Part shown: one piece after another, positions 38,106 to 50,129 of the stretch
How the letters are laid out: the number at the start of each line of letters is the position of its first letter
How positions within the stretch are numbered: the first letter of the stretch is position 1
The notes under the pieces: model-generated
Database searches by the model: none
The model's input: the letters and a program-made list of their open reading frames with translations, nothing else
Told to the model about the DNA's origin: nothing
Made by a program: the position numbers and the translations under genes
Assembly (NCBI RefSeq): GCF_001447785.1
Contig: NW_015159767.1
Coordinates: forward strand, 261,205 to 325,204
Direction of reading: 5' to 3'
Source: Gekko japonicus
Taxonomy: Eukaryota
DNA length: 64,000 nt

Positions 38106-40649
38106 TTGGGTATGTCCTGAATCTGTCGCCCATCAGCTTCATCGGGTGCCTGTAAGTTCTAGTATTACCAAGGAGGGAGAAAACATCTTTCTAGCTATCC
38201 ATGTCCTGCATAATTTTATAAAGTTTTACCATGTCTGCCCTTGGTTCTCCTTTCTGCAAATTACATATGAGGCTGCCTTCTACTGAGTGAAACCCTTGGT
38301 CTCTCCAAGTCAATCCTGTCTCCTTTGCCCAGCAGCAGCTCTCTGGGGCCTCCTGTAGAGGCCTGTGTATCACCTACAACCTCGTCCTATTTAGAACTGG
38401 AGACTGAACCTGGGACCTTCTGTATGCAAAGCAGATGCCTGACTGTTGAGTCACAGATGCATGCAAAGAACTGCTAAACAACTTAGCTTCAAGCCCATGA
38501 TCACTTTGGTCACCATTTTCTGCAACACTATCCTTTTTGTGACACCACTGACAAGAATTGTACACTGTTTTCCAGATGTGGCTGCTCCACAGATCTATAC
38601 AAGGGCATTACGATACCGGCCGCTTTGCTTTCAGTCCCTTTCTTCATAAATCCTTAGCCAAGAATCTGATTTCTCAGCGCTGCCACGGACTGACTTGCTC
38701 TTTCCGTTAAACTGCCCAGCGTAACCCCAAAGAGCTCCCTCCTGGTCAGTCGCTGTCGGTTCAGACCCCATCAGCATATATTGAAAGTGAGGATTTTTAA
38801 CACAATGTGCATAACTTTACCTTTAGTGGAACCTCATTTACTCCGTTGTTACCCTTTGGAGAAATCCTTTTGAAGCTCTTGGCAGTCCACTTGGGTTCTC
38901 GTTATTCTGAATAATTTGGTGCCCTGAGACAATAATCCTGCCTGTACCTACTGAGACAGGAGCAAAATGGGATATTTTCTGAGCGATCACTGTCCTCTAG
39001 TGGCTTTGTTAGGTAGTGGGAAAGGATGGATGATTCTTTTTTCATGCTGGGCAGGTATTCTGTTGGCATCTGTTTTTGATCCAGAAAAAAAACCCAAAGG
39101 TAGAAGGAATCAGCATAATCTCCAGCCTAGCCTTGCTACGACCCTCCACCCCCGCACTAAAGTCACCTGCTCCTCCCAATAGCGCCTCGCCCCTATGTCC
39201 GCATCTTCTTAGCATACATATGATGGCTTGCTTCGATGCACGTTCTGAACTCTCTCAGTTGGTTTTTTTTTATAACCACCGCAGAGATTACTCAAATTAT
39301 AGAATGTGCTGAAAGAACAAAGGAAGAACATTTTAGGCATGCACAAGGATTACTGGAGTTGGAGAAACTGCTGCCTCTCGGAGAGGAGGACTATCAAAAG
39401 CAATTAGCCATGATAATTAAACGGAGCCTCCATTCATAGAGGCAGTCTACCCATAACACTGGGCACAAAAACGGGCTGGCTGCAGCTGGGGTCAGAGCAC
39501 TGGCCTGACTGGAACTTTCCTTGCCTCGTGGCATTGCCTGTTTCGTTTACAAACCTACACTGTTTAAAGCTGCGAGCCTACAAAGTATTCTAAATTTATT
39601 TAAAGAACAAAAAACACAACCTTTAACAAGCTTGTTGTTCTTTTTTTCCTTCCTGTCCAAGCAAGGCTCTTCACAGAGCATTGCAAAACAGCAACGAAAG
39701 GAAGAAAAAAGGGTTTTTAAAAAGCACTCAGGGCTAAAAACAAAAGGCCTTTATCTCCCATTCTTCAGCAACTCTGTCAGGCAGGTTGCTTATGTAACGT
39801 CTCTCGTTTGCAAACAGCAAACTGAAGCAAAGCGACACCGACTTGCCTAAATGGCATTCATCCCAGAGGGGGCAGCCAGCAAGGTAGTTTGCGGCATCAA
39901 AAACAAAACAGGCGTTTTGCATCACTTTCAAAACGAAGGCGACGTCGTTCCGGTGTCAGCTGCCCGTGGACTGCAGCCAGCGTCGTCTTCAGAAGCCAGG
40001 AGTGGGGCCTCATGCTTGACTGCATGGTGAGCATCGACTCCGAGCATCTGAAGAACTAGGCGGCACTCCGAGGAAACTGATGCTGGAACCAGATGGTGTT
40101 CTTTAAAGCCCCCCCCCCAATTCCTGTTTGACTCCCCGAAAGCTGCTCCTCTTCCCGGGGAAGAATTCGAACCCAGCGCTGCCTAGTGCTAGGAACAGCA
40201 CCGGCCAGCTGAGGCAGGCCCTGTGCACGAAGGCTTCTGTTCCTTTCGCCGTTGCCCGAGAGAGAACTTTGGCCGTTGCGGCTTTTCTCTCCCCTCCTGC
40301 CCGGGGACGAGACAAGAGGCACCGGTGCAAGGTGAAGAGGCGCCCCTTTCTGTTGCAAGCACTCATCTCCAAGGTACCCTGCGCTGGCCCGTAGCTAACG
40401 TGGGGCCCACGGGGCCTGGCCCCCTAGTGTTTCTTCTGGGCCCCCTCTTTCCCAGCTTGCCCCCAAAGTGCCCCAACCTGCTGCCTGCATTATGCTTTGA
40501 TTTAATTAGCCGGCGCCCCCTCCCCCCGAGGCCCCNNNNNNNNNNNNNNNNNNNNNNNNNNNNNNNNNNNNNNNNNNNNNNNNNNNNNNNNNNNNNNNNN
40601 NNNNNNNNNNNNNNNNNNNNNNNNNNNNNCTAGCTGCCCCCGCGACTGA

Positions 40650-41180
40650 TGGACAAGCCAGAGTCTCCACGCCTCCCTGCCACACTGCATCAGCCCTGGA
40701 AGGCGTCGGGGGCGCGGCTTAATATTGGAAGGATGCACTGGAGGGCATATCCTGCCCTCAGCTACTGGCACGGGCACCCCCGCGGCTTCAAACTCGACTT
40801 CCGCAGAGATGCCGTCGTCGCAAATATTGGCCAGTCAGAGTGTTCGATTAGCGGCTGGAGTCCCGCCTCCGTCCTTTCCCCCTTGGTTTTCATTGGAAGC
40901 ACCGCCTTTCTTTTATCTGCCAGGCTCCTCATTGGCTCCTTGACTCTGGGCCCCGCCCTTGGCGGGAGGCTCCATCTGTCCTGTCCCCTTCCTTCCCTAA
41001 GTTGGCTGGAGTTTGCGGAGCGCGCGGGGAGACTGTTAGAACGTCACGGGGGGGACGGGGACAAAAAGGCGGGAAAAACTTTATTTTCGTCTCCTAGCGG
41101 GCGGCTCCCCTCCTGGAACTGGTTTGCCTCAGTGGGACCTGCTGCGTCCTCTATCGCCACTTTCCTCCCGTCCTGTTGAG
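40650..41180 (+). promoter_or_regulatory. HAUS4 promoter, cell-cycle type
   Basis: Four ATTGG (reverse CCAAT) at about 40724-40935, GC box near 40950, E2F-like GGCGGGAAAA at 41068, TTCAAA (reverse CHR) near 40787. Confidence 0.6.
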
Positions 41181-41771
41181 GACTGTGAAATTGGTGCGTT
41201 TTCTGGACAGGAATAATCCTGAAGTCGTGTTGGCCTTTTTTTTTATATTTAAACCAGGAAATGGGAAACTCTTGGGGATGAGGGAACTGAGTTGCCACCA
41301 TTCCGTTCTTACAGGGGCCCTGTGCTCTTTTGCCTGTTGCACAGCTGCGCTGCACATGCGTTCCAGTGTAAGCTGCACCAGTTGGGTTTCTGCCTGCCCA
41401 GCTGCTTTTAAAGGCAGAGGGCTTCTGCCAGGAGAAGTAGCAAGGTGCGAGTGTTTAGGAGAAGGTGGCATGGCCAAAGATGCAAATGGTGGTTCAGGGT
41501 GGCGTGAGCATTGCATTCTGGGGGATTGGATGTAGACCCCGGGTTTAGGTTGGCGTGAGTGGTATGGTATGCCCCGTGTCGGAGGGGAGAGAGAACAGAA
41601 CTTTCTGCTTGGCTGTTGTAAGATTGACGGGGGTGGGGTGGGGTGGGGGGATGACGACTAGGAGACTTGCCTTGATGAGAAAAAATTATTTTTGGTTGGC
41701 AGACTTTAAGAAAGCTTTTTTTAAAAAAACAGGTTGGCGTAGCATGCATCGGGAAGGAACAAGCCCTTCCT

Positions 41772-42032
41772 CAGTTTGAGTGCAGTGGTTAAGTGCGCGG
41801 ACTCTAATCTGGGAGAACCGGGTTTGATTCCCCACCCCTCCACTTGCAGCTGCTGGATGACCTTGGGCAAGCCACAGTTCTCTCAGAGCTGTTCTTTCAC
41901 GAGCAGTTCTTGAGAGAGCTCTCTCAGCCCCACCTACCTCACAGGGTGCCTGTTGTGGGGAAGGGAAGGGAGTTTGTAAGCCGCTCTGTGACTCAGAGTG
42001 AAGGCCGGGGTATAAATCCAATCTCTTCTTCT
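41772..42032 (+). mobile_element. Squam3-like SINE
   Basis: Similar to the 5676 copy. Confidence 0.75.
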
Positions 42033-42582
42033 TGACACAAGTGCCATAGTTTACACTGGTGCATTTTAAAGATAGTGTCACACCCCTGCCAAGGGGCACA
42101 GGGAGGGCCTCCGTCTACTTGGTGTGGTCTCTACGTGAATGAGGGAAAGAAGCATGAAAGAAATAGTCCTCTGGTTTATGATTGGTGGCTTCTATTCGAC
42201 TGGCTTTAACTTATGATTCTTTGCATGATGCTTAGCATGAGTACCTCCATATTTGACACTGGGTCTGATGTACAGCGAGCCCTTCCAGCGCTCTGTGGTC
42301 ATCCCCTAATTTATCCCCTCAGCTGGCAAAAGAGACCAACCCCCTTTGTGTACCCCTCTTGCTGGGCAGGACTCAGCTTCTGACTAGTATGCCAACACTT
42401 GGGTTTGCATAGTGCTGTTTTTGTAGATTCCTGTACAGGGTTGTACGACCGGTAACCTTAGATTTATCTTTCTACAAGGCAATTCTCTAGCTTCTGGATT
42501 CTCTCTTGGTTCTTTTAGCTTCTTCTAACCACTGCCGTCCGCCCTTCTTCTTTCTAGGCAGCTCTGTCTGGTTGAAGAGCTG

Positions 42583-42628
42583 ATGGCGTCTGCCTCAGGA
42601 GCTCTGGGTGCTGAGCTGCTGCAGCCAG
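42583..42628 (+). CDS. HAUS4: HAUS augmin complex subunit 4, coding exon 1
   Basis: MASASGALGAELLQP; CAG|GTAACA donor; phase 1 fits the next exon. Confidence 0.75.
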
Positions 42629-42714
42629 GTAACATCTTTGAGTTGACCTCAGGTAAAACTCAGGTGAGTAGAGGGGAAGAACTTTTCCCTCCTTCTCACT
42701 TTCTGTCCCCACAG

Positions 42715-42857
42715 GTTCTGGTAGCCGCCTGCCCCCCTGCTCGCTCACTGATGAAGACCTGGCTGCCTATCCTGGTTTGGCTAATCTCCTTATGAGCTTG
42801 ACGAAACATATGGACTCAAGTGGGCTCAGTACCAACTTGGCACAACAGCTAGAGGAG
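42715..42857 (+). CDS. HAUS4: HAUS4 coding exon 2
   Basis: RLPPCSLTDEDLAAYPGLANLLMSLTKHMDSSGLS. Confidence 0.85.
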
Positions 42858-43239
42858 GTAGGATAATCGCTGTGATCCAGCCAGGCTGTTTTGCGCTACT
42901 TAGTCCTGCTGCATGTGTGGTAATGGGTATAAAGTTCACCAAAAGCAAACTTGCAGGCTTTGCCACTGGGAAAAGAAGGTCTTGAAATTGGGGGGCCCAT
43001 TCCCTTGCAGAATCTCTGAAGGTAGAAGAGAGAGGATAGCAAAGCTTCCAGTGGCCTGTGGTCGGGCTTCAGCATGTTACATATTTATTTTTCCCTTCTC
43101 TCTGGCTAGCAAAAAAAATTAGGCAAGGTAATCACTGGTTACATAAGAACATAAGCCAGTGTTGGATCAGGCCAATGGCCCATCCAGTCCAACACTCTGT
43201 CACACAGTGGTATTGTATTTGTATGTCTATATGTTTTTA

Positions 43240-44069
43240 CTAGGAGCAAAGCCCATTGTGGAGGAAGACAACGGTCCCTAGCACGGTGCAACGGAGGCGT
43301 CCCCAGTCTCCCAATCTCTCCCACTGCTCGACCCCCCCGGAGTCGGGGGGTGAGGGAGTGGCTGGGTGATCTCCAGCCCCCACCCAATAAGAGGCCAGCC
43401 AGCTGCATGTAGTTGGTGGTGGCGGCGGCAGGATCAGGCACGGTCAGAGGCGGCCCCCGCGCACTGGAGTGGGCAGTGCGGCCGTCGTCCGGGCGCAGGG
43501 CAGCCGGGAGCCAGGCTCATGTGAGGGCGGCGGTGGGAGCGGCTGGGCCGCCCCTCGTCAAATTGCACGAAGGCCGGGCGGCGACGCATGTTCAGGCAAG
43601 GGTGGTGGCGGCAGGCAAGGGCCACGGCCCCCCAGTGGTGCATGCAGCCTGTCTGTCGTCGGGCCGCATGCAGCCCGGCTGGCTATGGGCGCTTGGGAGA
43701 GGATGGACATGGTGGGTGTTTGGGTGGTGGGGCAAAACTCTGCCACGGTGTCTTCGAATTGCAGGGCATGTTCGCCCCGGCGCTACATCTGTGGGCGGGC
43801 GTCAGAGACTGTGGCAAGTGGCCAGTGTCCCCGGCATGAGTGGCGGCTGGCTCAGGCTACGGCTGAGGGAGCGCGTCGAGCGTGGCCACGCCAAAGCAGC
43901 TCTCTCTTCGAATCGCAGGGCACGTTCACTCTGGCGCCGCCTCTGTGGGCGGGGGGCAGAGACCGTGGCCAGTGGCCAGCGTCCTCGGCGTGAGTGGCGG
44001 CTGCTTCAGCCTATGGCTGAGGGAGCACATCGAGCGTGGTCACCCCAAATTAGCTTTATAATATAGAGA
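43240..44069 (-). mobile_element. Non-autonomous Helitron, 830 bp
   Basis: Minus strand A|TCTCTATATTATAAAGC...CCGTTG-loop-CAATGG-GCTTTGCTC-CTAG|T; AT target, no TSD. Confidence 0.8.
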
Positions 44070-44719
44070 TTGTGCAGTGTAATATTTTACATATGCTTTA
44101 TAAATGCTGCTTTAATGTTTTAAATGCTTAGATCAGGGGTCTCTAATGTGGTGTCCACTGACATCTTTCCTGGCACCTGCCAAGTGTTTTTTGGGCCGGG
44201 CTGGGTGGGGCTTTTATCCAGCATGGATTCTTTTGCCAATGGAGATACGATTGTCTGTGCAGATTTTTAAAAATGTCGCTTTGGCAGTAGCTGCCAACGC
44301 TGCAACCAGGGATCTTTGCTGTGTGACCGAAGGTAAGCTGGGGTGATCCTTCTGTGGCTGACTCTGTCTCCTGAGGCAGCCATTTTGTGGTGTTGCCCAC
44401 CATGCTCTGTCAGAATTGTGAAGCTGCCGGGCAGGCTCAAAAAGTCTGGGGACCCCTGGTTTAGAAGTTTGCTGCCATGGGGACTCGATTTGGCTAGAAA
44501 GACAGCATAGAAATGTTTCAAATGAATAAATAAAATAAATATATGTGAATTCATTGCAAAGTCTGGCAAAGCATGAGATGAAATTTGACTCTTCTGCACA
44601 CACACACACACCGTAGAGCATAAATAACAGTGGACAATTTTAAGAATGGTGGGTTTGTTTTATTTTGCTGCATTACCCGTACTGCTGCTCATTCCTTTCT
44701 CACTTTCCTCCACCCACAG

Positions 44720-44836
44720 GCAAGGAAACAATTACATCTCTCCCGAGCAAACTGGCTGAAGTGGGAGGCTCTACACCGGGTTCTTCAGGAGGCCCTGAGG
44801 GACTTTGGGTCTGGACTCGCTGCACAGGAGAAAAAA
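44720..44836 (+). CDS. HAUS4: HAUS4 coding exon 3
   Basis: ARKQLHLSRANWLKWEALHRVLQE...EKK; donor GTAGTG. Confidence 0.8.
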
Positions 44837-45022
44837 GTAGTGCTTGACAAGAAATGAAAAGTGTCTTGGGGGAATGAATGAATGGTCAAGGGCAGTCAGT
44901 AGGAATCTGGAATGGGGCTGGAGATCTTGAGAGAGGGGAGGCTGAAAGGTTTTGACGTAAAGGTTATGGAAAGGAATCACAGTCAAATGTAACTGAGCTC
45001 CAAGACGGCTGTTGGATTTGAA

Positions 45023-45398
45023 CAGGGCTTTTTTTGTAGAAAAAGCCCAGCAGGAACTCATTAGCATAATAGGCCACACCCAACACCAGGAACTCATTAA
45101 CACGTTAGGCCACACCCTGACAGCACAGCTCATTTGCATATTAGGCCACACCCCATGTTACCAGAAGTGTACTCATTTATCCACACCCACCTATTGCTTC
45201 TTATTCTCTTTACCTTGTTTGTTGTCAAAACCCAGGGCTTTTTGCATGTTAGGCCACACACCCCTAATTGTAGCCAATCCTAATGAGTTTCTGCTGTTGA
45301 GTGTGGCCTATTATGCTAATGAGTTCCTGCTGGGCGTGGCCCACTTGGGAGCCAACCGGAACTCCGTTCCTGTGCGTTCCTGCCCCAAAATAGCCCTG
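45023..45398. mobile_element. hAT MITE family B
   Basis: Exact TSD GATTTGAA. Confidence 0.88.
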
Positions 45399-45622
45399 GA
45401 TTTGAAGAAAAAGCAGTGAGCTGACAAAGCACGTTTGGGGAAGTAGAAAACTCGAGAGGAGTCTAGAAGTACTTGAATTGATGTTCAGGGGTCATATGTA
45501 TGTGGGGCTGTCTGAGGCTTGTGGAAAAGCAACGGATGGGTGTGGTCAGGCTTCTGAGGGGGTTGACTGGAGGGGGTTTTTTTGGACAGCCCCTTGCAAA
45601 ATCTCGCTGTGTTGCCTTTCAG

Positions 45623-45763
45623 TTTTTAGAAGTCTTGGAGCAGCAGCTTTTGGTAGGTGAGCTGAGGCGAATCCTTGACTTTGGCCCTTCTGCGCAAGCT
45701 GTGCAGCCGTCCCTCCTAGGTTTGGTGCCCTCTGACCTCTCGGAGCTTCTTCCCCCTAATCAA
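45623..45763 (+). CDS. HAUS4: HAUS4 coding exon 4
   Basis: FLEVLEQQLLVGELRR...LLGL...LLPPNQ; |GTAAGT. Confidence 0.85.
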
Positions 45764-45923
45764 GTAAGTTAGGCATATTCCCTTTCTGCACTAAGTAAGT
45801 GGGATTGTTGAGAGGGATGCCTATGTCGAGGCACAAAAACCACCTGTTGGCGTTGCTTTTACTAAATGGTTCTTTTATTCTAAACATCTGACAAATGGTG
45901 GACCTTGCATGGTATGGATTGTG

Positions 45924-46205
45924 AGCCAGTTTGGTGTAGTGGTTAAGTGCACGGACTCTAATCTGGGAGAACCGGGTTTGATCCCCCACTCCTCCACTTG
46001 CAGCTGCTGGATGACCTTGGGCAAGCCATAGTTCTGATAAGAGCTGTCCTTGAAAAAGAGCAGTGCCTGTCAGAGCTCTGTCAGCCCCACCGACCTCACA
46101 GGGTGTCTGTTGTGGGGAGAGGAAGGGAAAGGAGTTTGTCAGCCGCTCTGAGACTCCTTTGGGTAGTGAAGGGCGGGGTATAAATCCAATCTCCTCTCCT
46201 CTTCT
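45924..46205 (+). mobile_element. Squam3-like SINE
   Basis: Similar to the 5676 copy. Confidence 0.75.
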
Positions 46206-46769
46206 GTAAAGGTGAGTTTAGCAAGTGGCCCGAGGCAAGGAATTGGTCTAGGTGCTGCATCATCTATCCAGCACCTGGTCTTCCAAAAGTTATGTTGATA
46301 CTAGTTGAAATATATAGGCTTAACTGTCAGGCTCTTAAAGGAATCTTGGGAATTGTAGTTCTGTGAGGGAAATATCCCTCTCTAATGGAATCCAAACAGA
46401 AGGTACTTTCCCCACCAGACCCAATGCCAGAAGTTTTATTTCAATAATTTGCAATCTACTAAAGTAGTTTCTGATAACAGTAAAAGTAACGTAAACGTTA
46501 TAACTCCAGGAAGAAATACCTGCTAGCATGAGAGGGCAAAGAAGAGTTCATTTAGGTTCTGCTCTGTTCTTTCATCCCTGCGTCATAACAGCTAGTTGTA
46601 TGGATGAGCAGTGGTCCACTTGGGGCGATTGCTTTTCCGTTGCTGGTGTTGGATGTGTCCAACGCTTTGCCTAAAAGCGCTCTAATATTTCCTGTGAACC
46701 CTGAAGGGAGGTAGTAGCACTTAAATGAGTTTGTGCTGATGTGGTCTGTGCCTCTGTACTTTGCCCCAG

Positions 46770-46866
46770 GAGCTGGAGGAGATGCAGAAGCGCCTTCCCG
46801 TGGAGTTGGAGAAGCGTCTTAAGCACAAGTGCTCGGCTATGCTGAGTTACTTCTGTCCAGAGAGTG
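46770..46866 (+). CDS. HAUS4: HAUS4 coding exon 5
   Basis: ELEEMQKRLPVELEKRLKHKCSAMLSYFCPES; |GTAAGA. Confidence 0.87.
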
Positions 46867-47010
46867 GTAAGACCCTCACACTGCTGAGCTGGGGGGGGGG
46901 GTTGCCCTTTCGAGGCGAGGCCCCCAGAAGGAACAACAGAATAGAGAGAAATTGATGGCCCAGCACGAAACTTATTAGGAGTGTCCGCCAGCTGACTTCT
47001 CCTCTTGCAG

Positions 47011-47156
47011 ATGGTGCTGGACAGATTCCTCGGGCAACTATGATGGGGTCCCTGGCGGAAAGTTTAGCTGCAGAAAAACAGCGCCTGCAGGAGGCCCGTG
47101 ATCGGGACCGAGAGCTCATGGGGTTGCTGGAACAGCAGAAGGCTGCCTATCCTCAG
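47011..47156 (+). CDS. HAUS4: HAUS4 coding exon 6
   Basis: ...LAESLAAEKQRLQEA...LLEQQKAAYPQ; |GTAAGC. Confidence 0.87.
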
Positions 47157-47190
47157 GTAAGCAAACCAAAGAGAGAGATCACAAGATGGA

Positions 47191-47314
47191 AGTTGAGAAG
47201 AAGCAAACATCCGTGATGTATTATGCCAAAAAAGTCTCCAAAGAGTAGAAATTTCTTTTTTCTTTGGAGACTTTTTTGGCATAATACATCACGGTTGTTT
47301 GCTTCTTCTCAACT
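47191..47314. repeat. Inverted repeat with 54-bp arms
   Basis: 47191-47244 pairs with 47261-47314, one mismatch. Confidence 0.92.
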
Positions 47315-47653
47315 GCCCCCAGGTAAGGGCTGGAGGAAAAAGCCTCGCCACTGGGTTGTGCATCTGGTAAGGATGTGAATACTCCCTGCTGAGGAAATCA
47401 AAACTCTCTGTCCAGAATTATGCTCATAAGTACATCTGTGCTTCAACTAACTTTGCATTCAGTTTCTTTTTCTTTTTTTACAATATTCAGGGTAGTGGAG
47501 GTGGAAACTGGTAGGTACTAGGAATATGAGCAATAGGGGCAGGGCTTTATATATTTATAATATTTCTATGCCGCCTCTTCAGAGTCTTACTCAAGGCAGC
47601 TCACAATTAAAAAACATAGCAATATAAAACGAGACATTGGACATAAACAACAT

Positions 47654-47816
47654 AAGGTAAAAGGTAAAGGTTCCCTTGCTCGAAAGCCAGTCAAATCCGA
47701 CTCTAGGGTTGCGGTGCTCATCTCCGTTTCAAAGCCGAAGAGCCAGCGCTGTCCGAAGACGTTTCCGTGGTCATGTGGCCGGCATGACTAAACACCAAGG
47801 CGCACGGAACGCTGTT
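47654..47816 (-). mobile_element. Sauria SINE, 5'-truncated
   Basis: Flanked by duplicated ACATAAACAACATA. Confidence 0.85.
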
Positions 47817-48227
47817 ACATAAACATAAACAACATAAAACTACCCTTAAAAACAGACCTCAGATCAGAAGCAGATCATTTTAAAAAGTGTGTAAGATAAA
47901 ACCTCTAATAACCAACACTATGTTATCCCGGTGCCTCAACACTGCCTGCATTGGCTTTCATATAGGATGCCAGGCAGCACTTGTTTTAACCACAAACCAC
48001 CCCCCCCCCCCCAGCTTGTGTCCTTTGTATCTTTTAAGAATGTTTCCTTCTTCAGGTCATATTAGTCCATAGTGGAGGCCGTGCACGGTCACCTCCCTTT
48101 TTACTTTTTCCAGGCATTGTCAACATGTTTACTTTCCCCCCCATGATTGCAAGAGCTAGAAACTTGCCTCGAACCCATGGGTTCTATGCTGTGACGTGTG
48201 CCTTTCTCCTTGTTTGGCTTCCTGTAG

Positions 48228-48358
48228 GTCCTGTTACGCTGCTTAGTCCTACTAAAACGCTTTGCCCGTGAATATCGTCTTGGTGCTCAGTCCGAACTTG
48301 ACTCCCTCAATACCCAGTACCTGGAAATCAAATGCAGTGCCATGTTCCTCAAGATACG
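48228..48358 (+). CDS. HAUS4: HAUS4 coding exon 7
   Basis: VLLRCLVLLKR...QSELDSLNTQYLEIKCSAMFLKIR. Confidence 0.92.
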
Positions 48359-48764
48359 GTAAGCTTTTGCCCTCTCCTTTGTGTGCCTGGAAGGTTCTGA
48401 GGTTAGTGGAGCAAGAGGTTGAGCTAGGCAAGTCAGGGGTTTATGTATTTGCTTTCAGAACTCCGTGGCTTCCAATATAAATAAAACATATACATTAAAA
48501 ATTGCTTATGAATGCGGGAGTGAAGAAATAAGAAGTGAGGCAAAAGATTTGTGCCTTAAGCCAAGGTAGATCAAAGATTTCATTCGTGAGAGAAAATTGG
48601 AGTCCAGAAGTCATTCAAGCACCATTTTAACCTCTTTCTAAAAAGAGTAGACAGACAGTGTCTGTGAGTGGAGGGTATCAGAAGGTGTATGTCAGAAGTC
48701 TGATAGGTGCAAGAGATCAGTGCATGTTTAACTATGTTTTCTGAACAAATTTAATCTGTCGTAG

Positions 48765-48833
48765 ACTTGAAGAATTGAGCGTTCTCTTGGAAACCTATGT
48801 ACCTGAGAAGGTGGATGTACACCAGGTGATGAG
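48765..48833 (+). CDS. HAUS4: HAUS4 coding exon 8
   Basis: LEELSVLLETYVPEKVDVHQVMR; |GTTAGT. Confidence 0.88.
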
Positions 48834-48946
48834 GTTAGTGGGGGAGAGACGGTCTTTGTTTGAAATAATAGAACTCTGCAATGGGTGCGATCCATTGAGT
48901 CTTAATATTATGGCAGGAACAAATGCAGTCAACAAAGGGATACCAG

Positions 48947-49152
48947 CAATGTTCCCTCTAACTGGTAGAGTCTTGTGAGCAGAAATTCTACCTTGTGAGC
49001 TCCTGGCATTAAAGTTGTGAGCGAGCGATTTGGCTACTGCATAAATTAGTTTGCTCTGGAGCCATCCTTCCTGAGCGAAGACAAAAACGTGTGAGCTAGA
49101 GGCTAAAAAACTGTGAGCTAGCTCACACTAACTCAGCTTAGAGGGAACACTG
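48947..49152. mobile_element. hAT MITE family A
   Basis: Exact TSD GATACCAG. Confidence 0.88.
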
Positions 49153-49951
49153 GATACCAGTACATGATTATTTAAAATATTACTATGTTTATTATTTGGT
49201 TATTTGTAGTTCGCCTTTCTAACTGAGACACAAGGGGGATCACATAGTCTAAGTCAAGTACAGTCAATAGACTGAACAGCCAGTGAACATCACAATAGGG
49301 TTTGGATTAGAAAATCTGAAAAGAAACCAATCTCAAACAGAGCTGAAACAAAGCATGAACTTCTAAACATATGTTAAGTGGTGTAGAAACTACCCTAGTC
49401 TGGCACATACTTAAAGTGATAGGTAGCAATACACTAGCGTAAGCCACATGGTACTCTAATTTGGAAGAATCGGCATGCAGAGTTTTGTGGTGACCTACAT
49501 TCACACTAGACTGTATTGTCTGGGCCTGGTTAAAGGGACATAGAGGCACTGTGCTTGAACTCTGGTCCCACATTTCCTTGTTCGCGGCCTCCATGCAGTC
49601 CTACATGTAAGACTGCAGCTTGTGTCCTTGAGACTTTGATGTGGCACACGGATAGGCTCTTTGTTAAGCCGACTGTAGAGATTGTGATAGGTCAAAGGGA
49701 AGCAAGGACATAAATTTCTAGTGCCTGTTTGATAATGTGATTCTCAAATTCTTTGGTTAAAATATAGACTGGGGAATAAGTGAGCAGATCGGAGTCTTTT
49801 ATGCAGTCTATTGGAGAAGTAGGACAGGAATGGATGATGGAAAGAAGCTTGAAGGCATACAGATGAATGGGATGGGAAACGTCATTCCATACATTGCTCT
49901 GTTTTGCAAGAGCTTTGGCAACACCCTGGTAATTAATTGTTTTCTTTCCAG

Positions 49952-50129
49952 GGACAGACTGCAGGCAGCCATACGCCAAGAAGAGCAAGATTTAGCTGCT
50001 TCCCGCAAGATGCTCTCAAGCTATGAGATTCTGGGCCCAGAGTTTGAGGAACTGGTGAAGGAGTATGCCCGGCTGCAAGCCATCATTGAGAACAGGCGCT
50101 GGGTGCTGACGGAATTCAACAAAGACTGA
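49952..50129 (+). CDS. HAUS4: HAUS4 last coding exon
   Basis: DRLQAAI...SYEILGPEFEELVKEY...ENRRWVLTEFNKD-TGA; spliced CDS 1068 nt; AATAAA at 50501. Confidence 0.92.

Noticed and set aside
39900-40380. Possible AJUBA pseudogene remnant
   Set aside because: Hand translation gave no LIM Cys/His spacing; the similarity was unconvincing.
43413-44066. 217 aa ORF as a nested gene
   Set aside because: Lies within the GC-rich Helitron interior; no recognisable domain.
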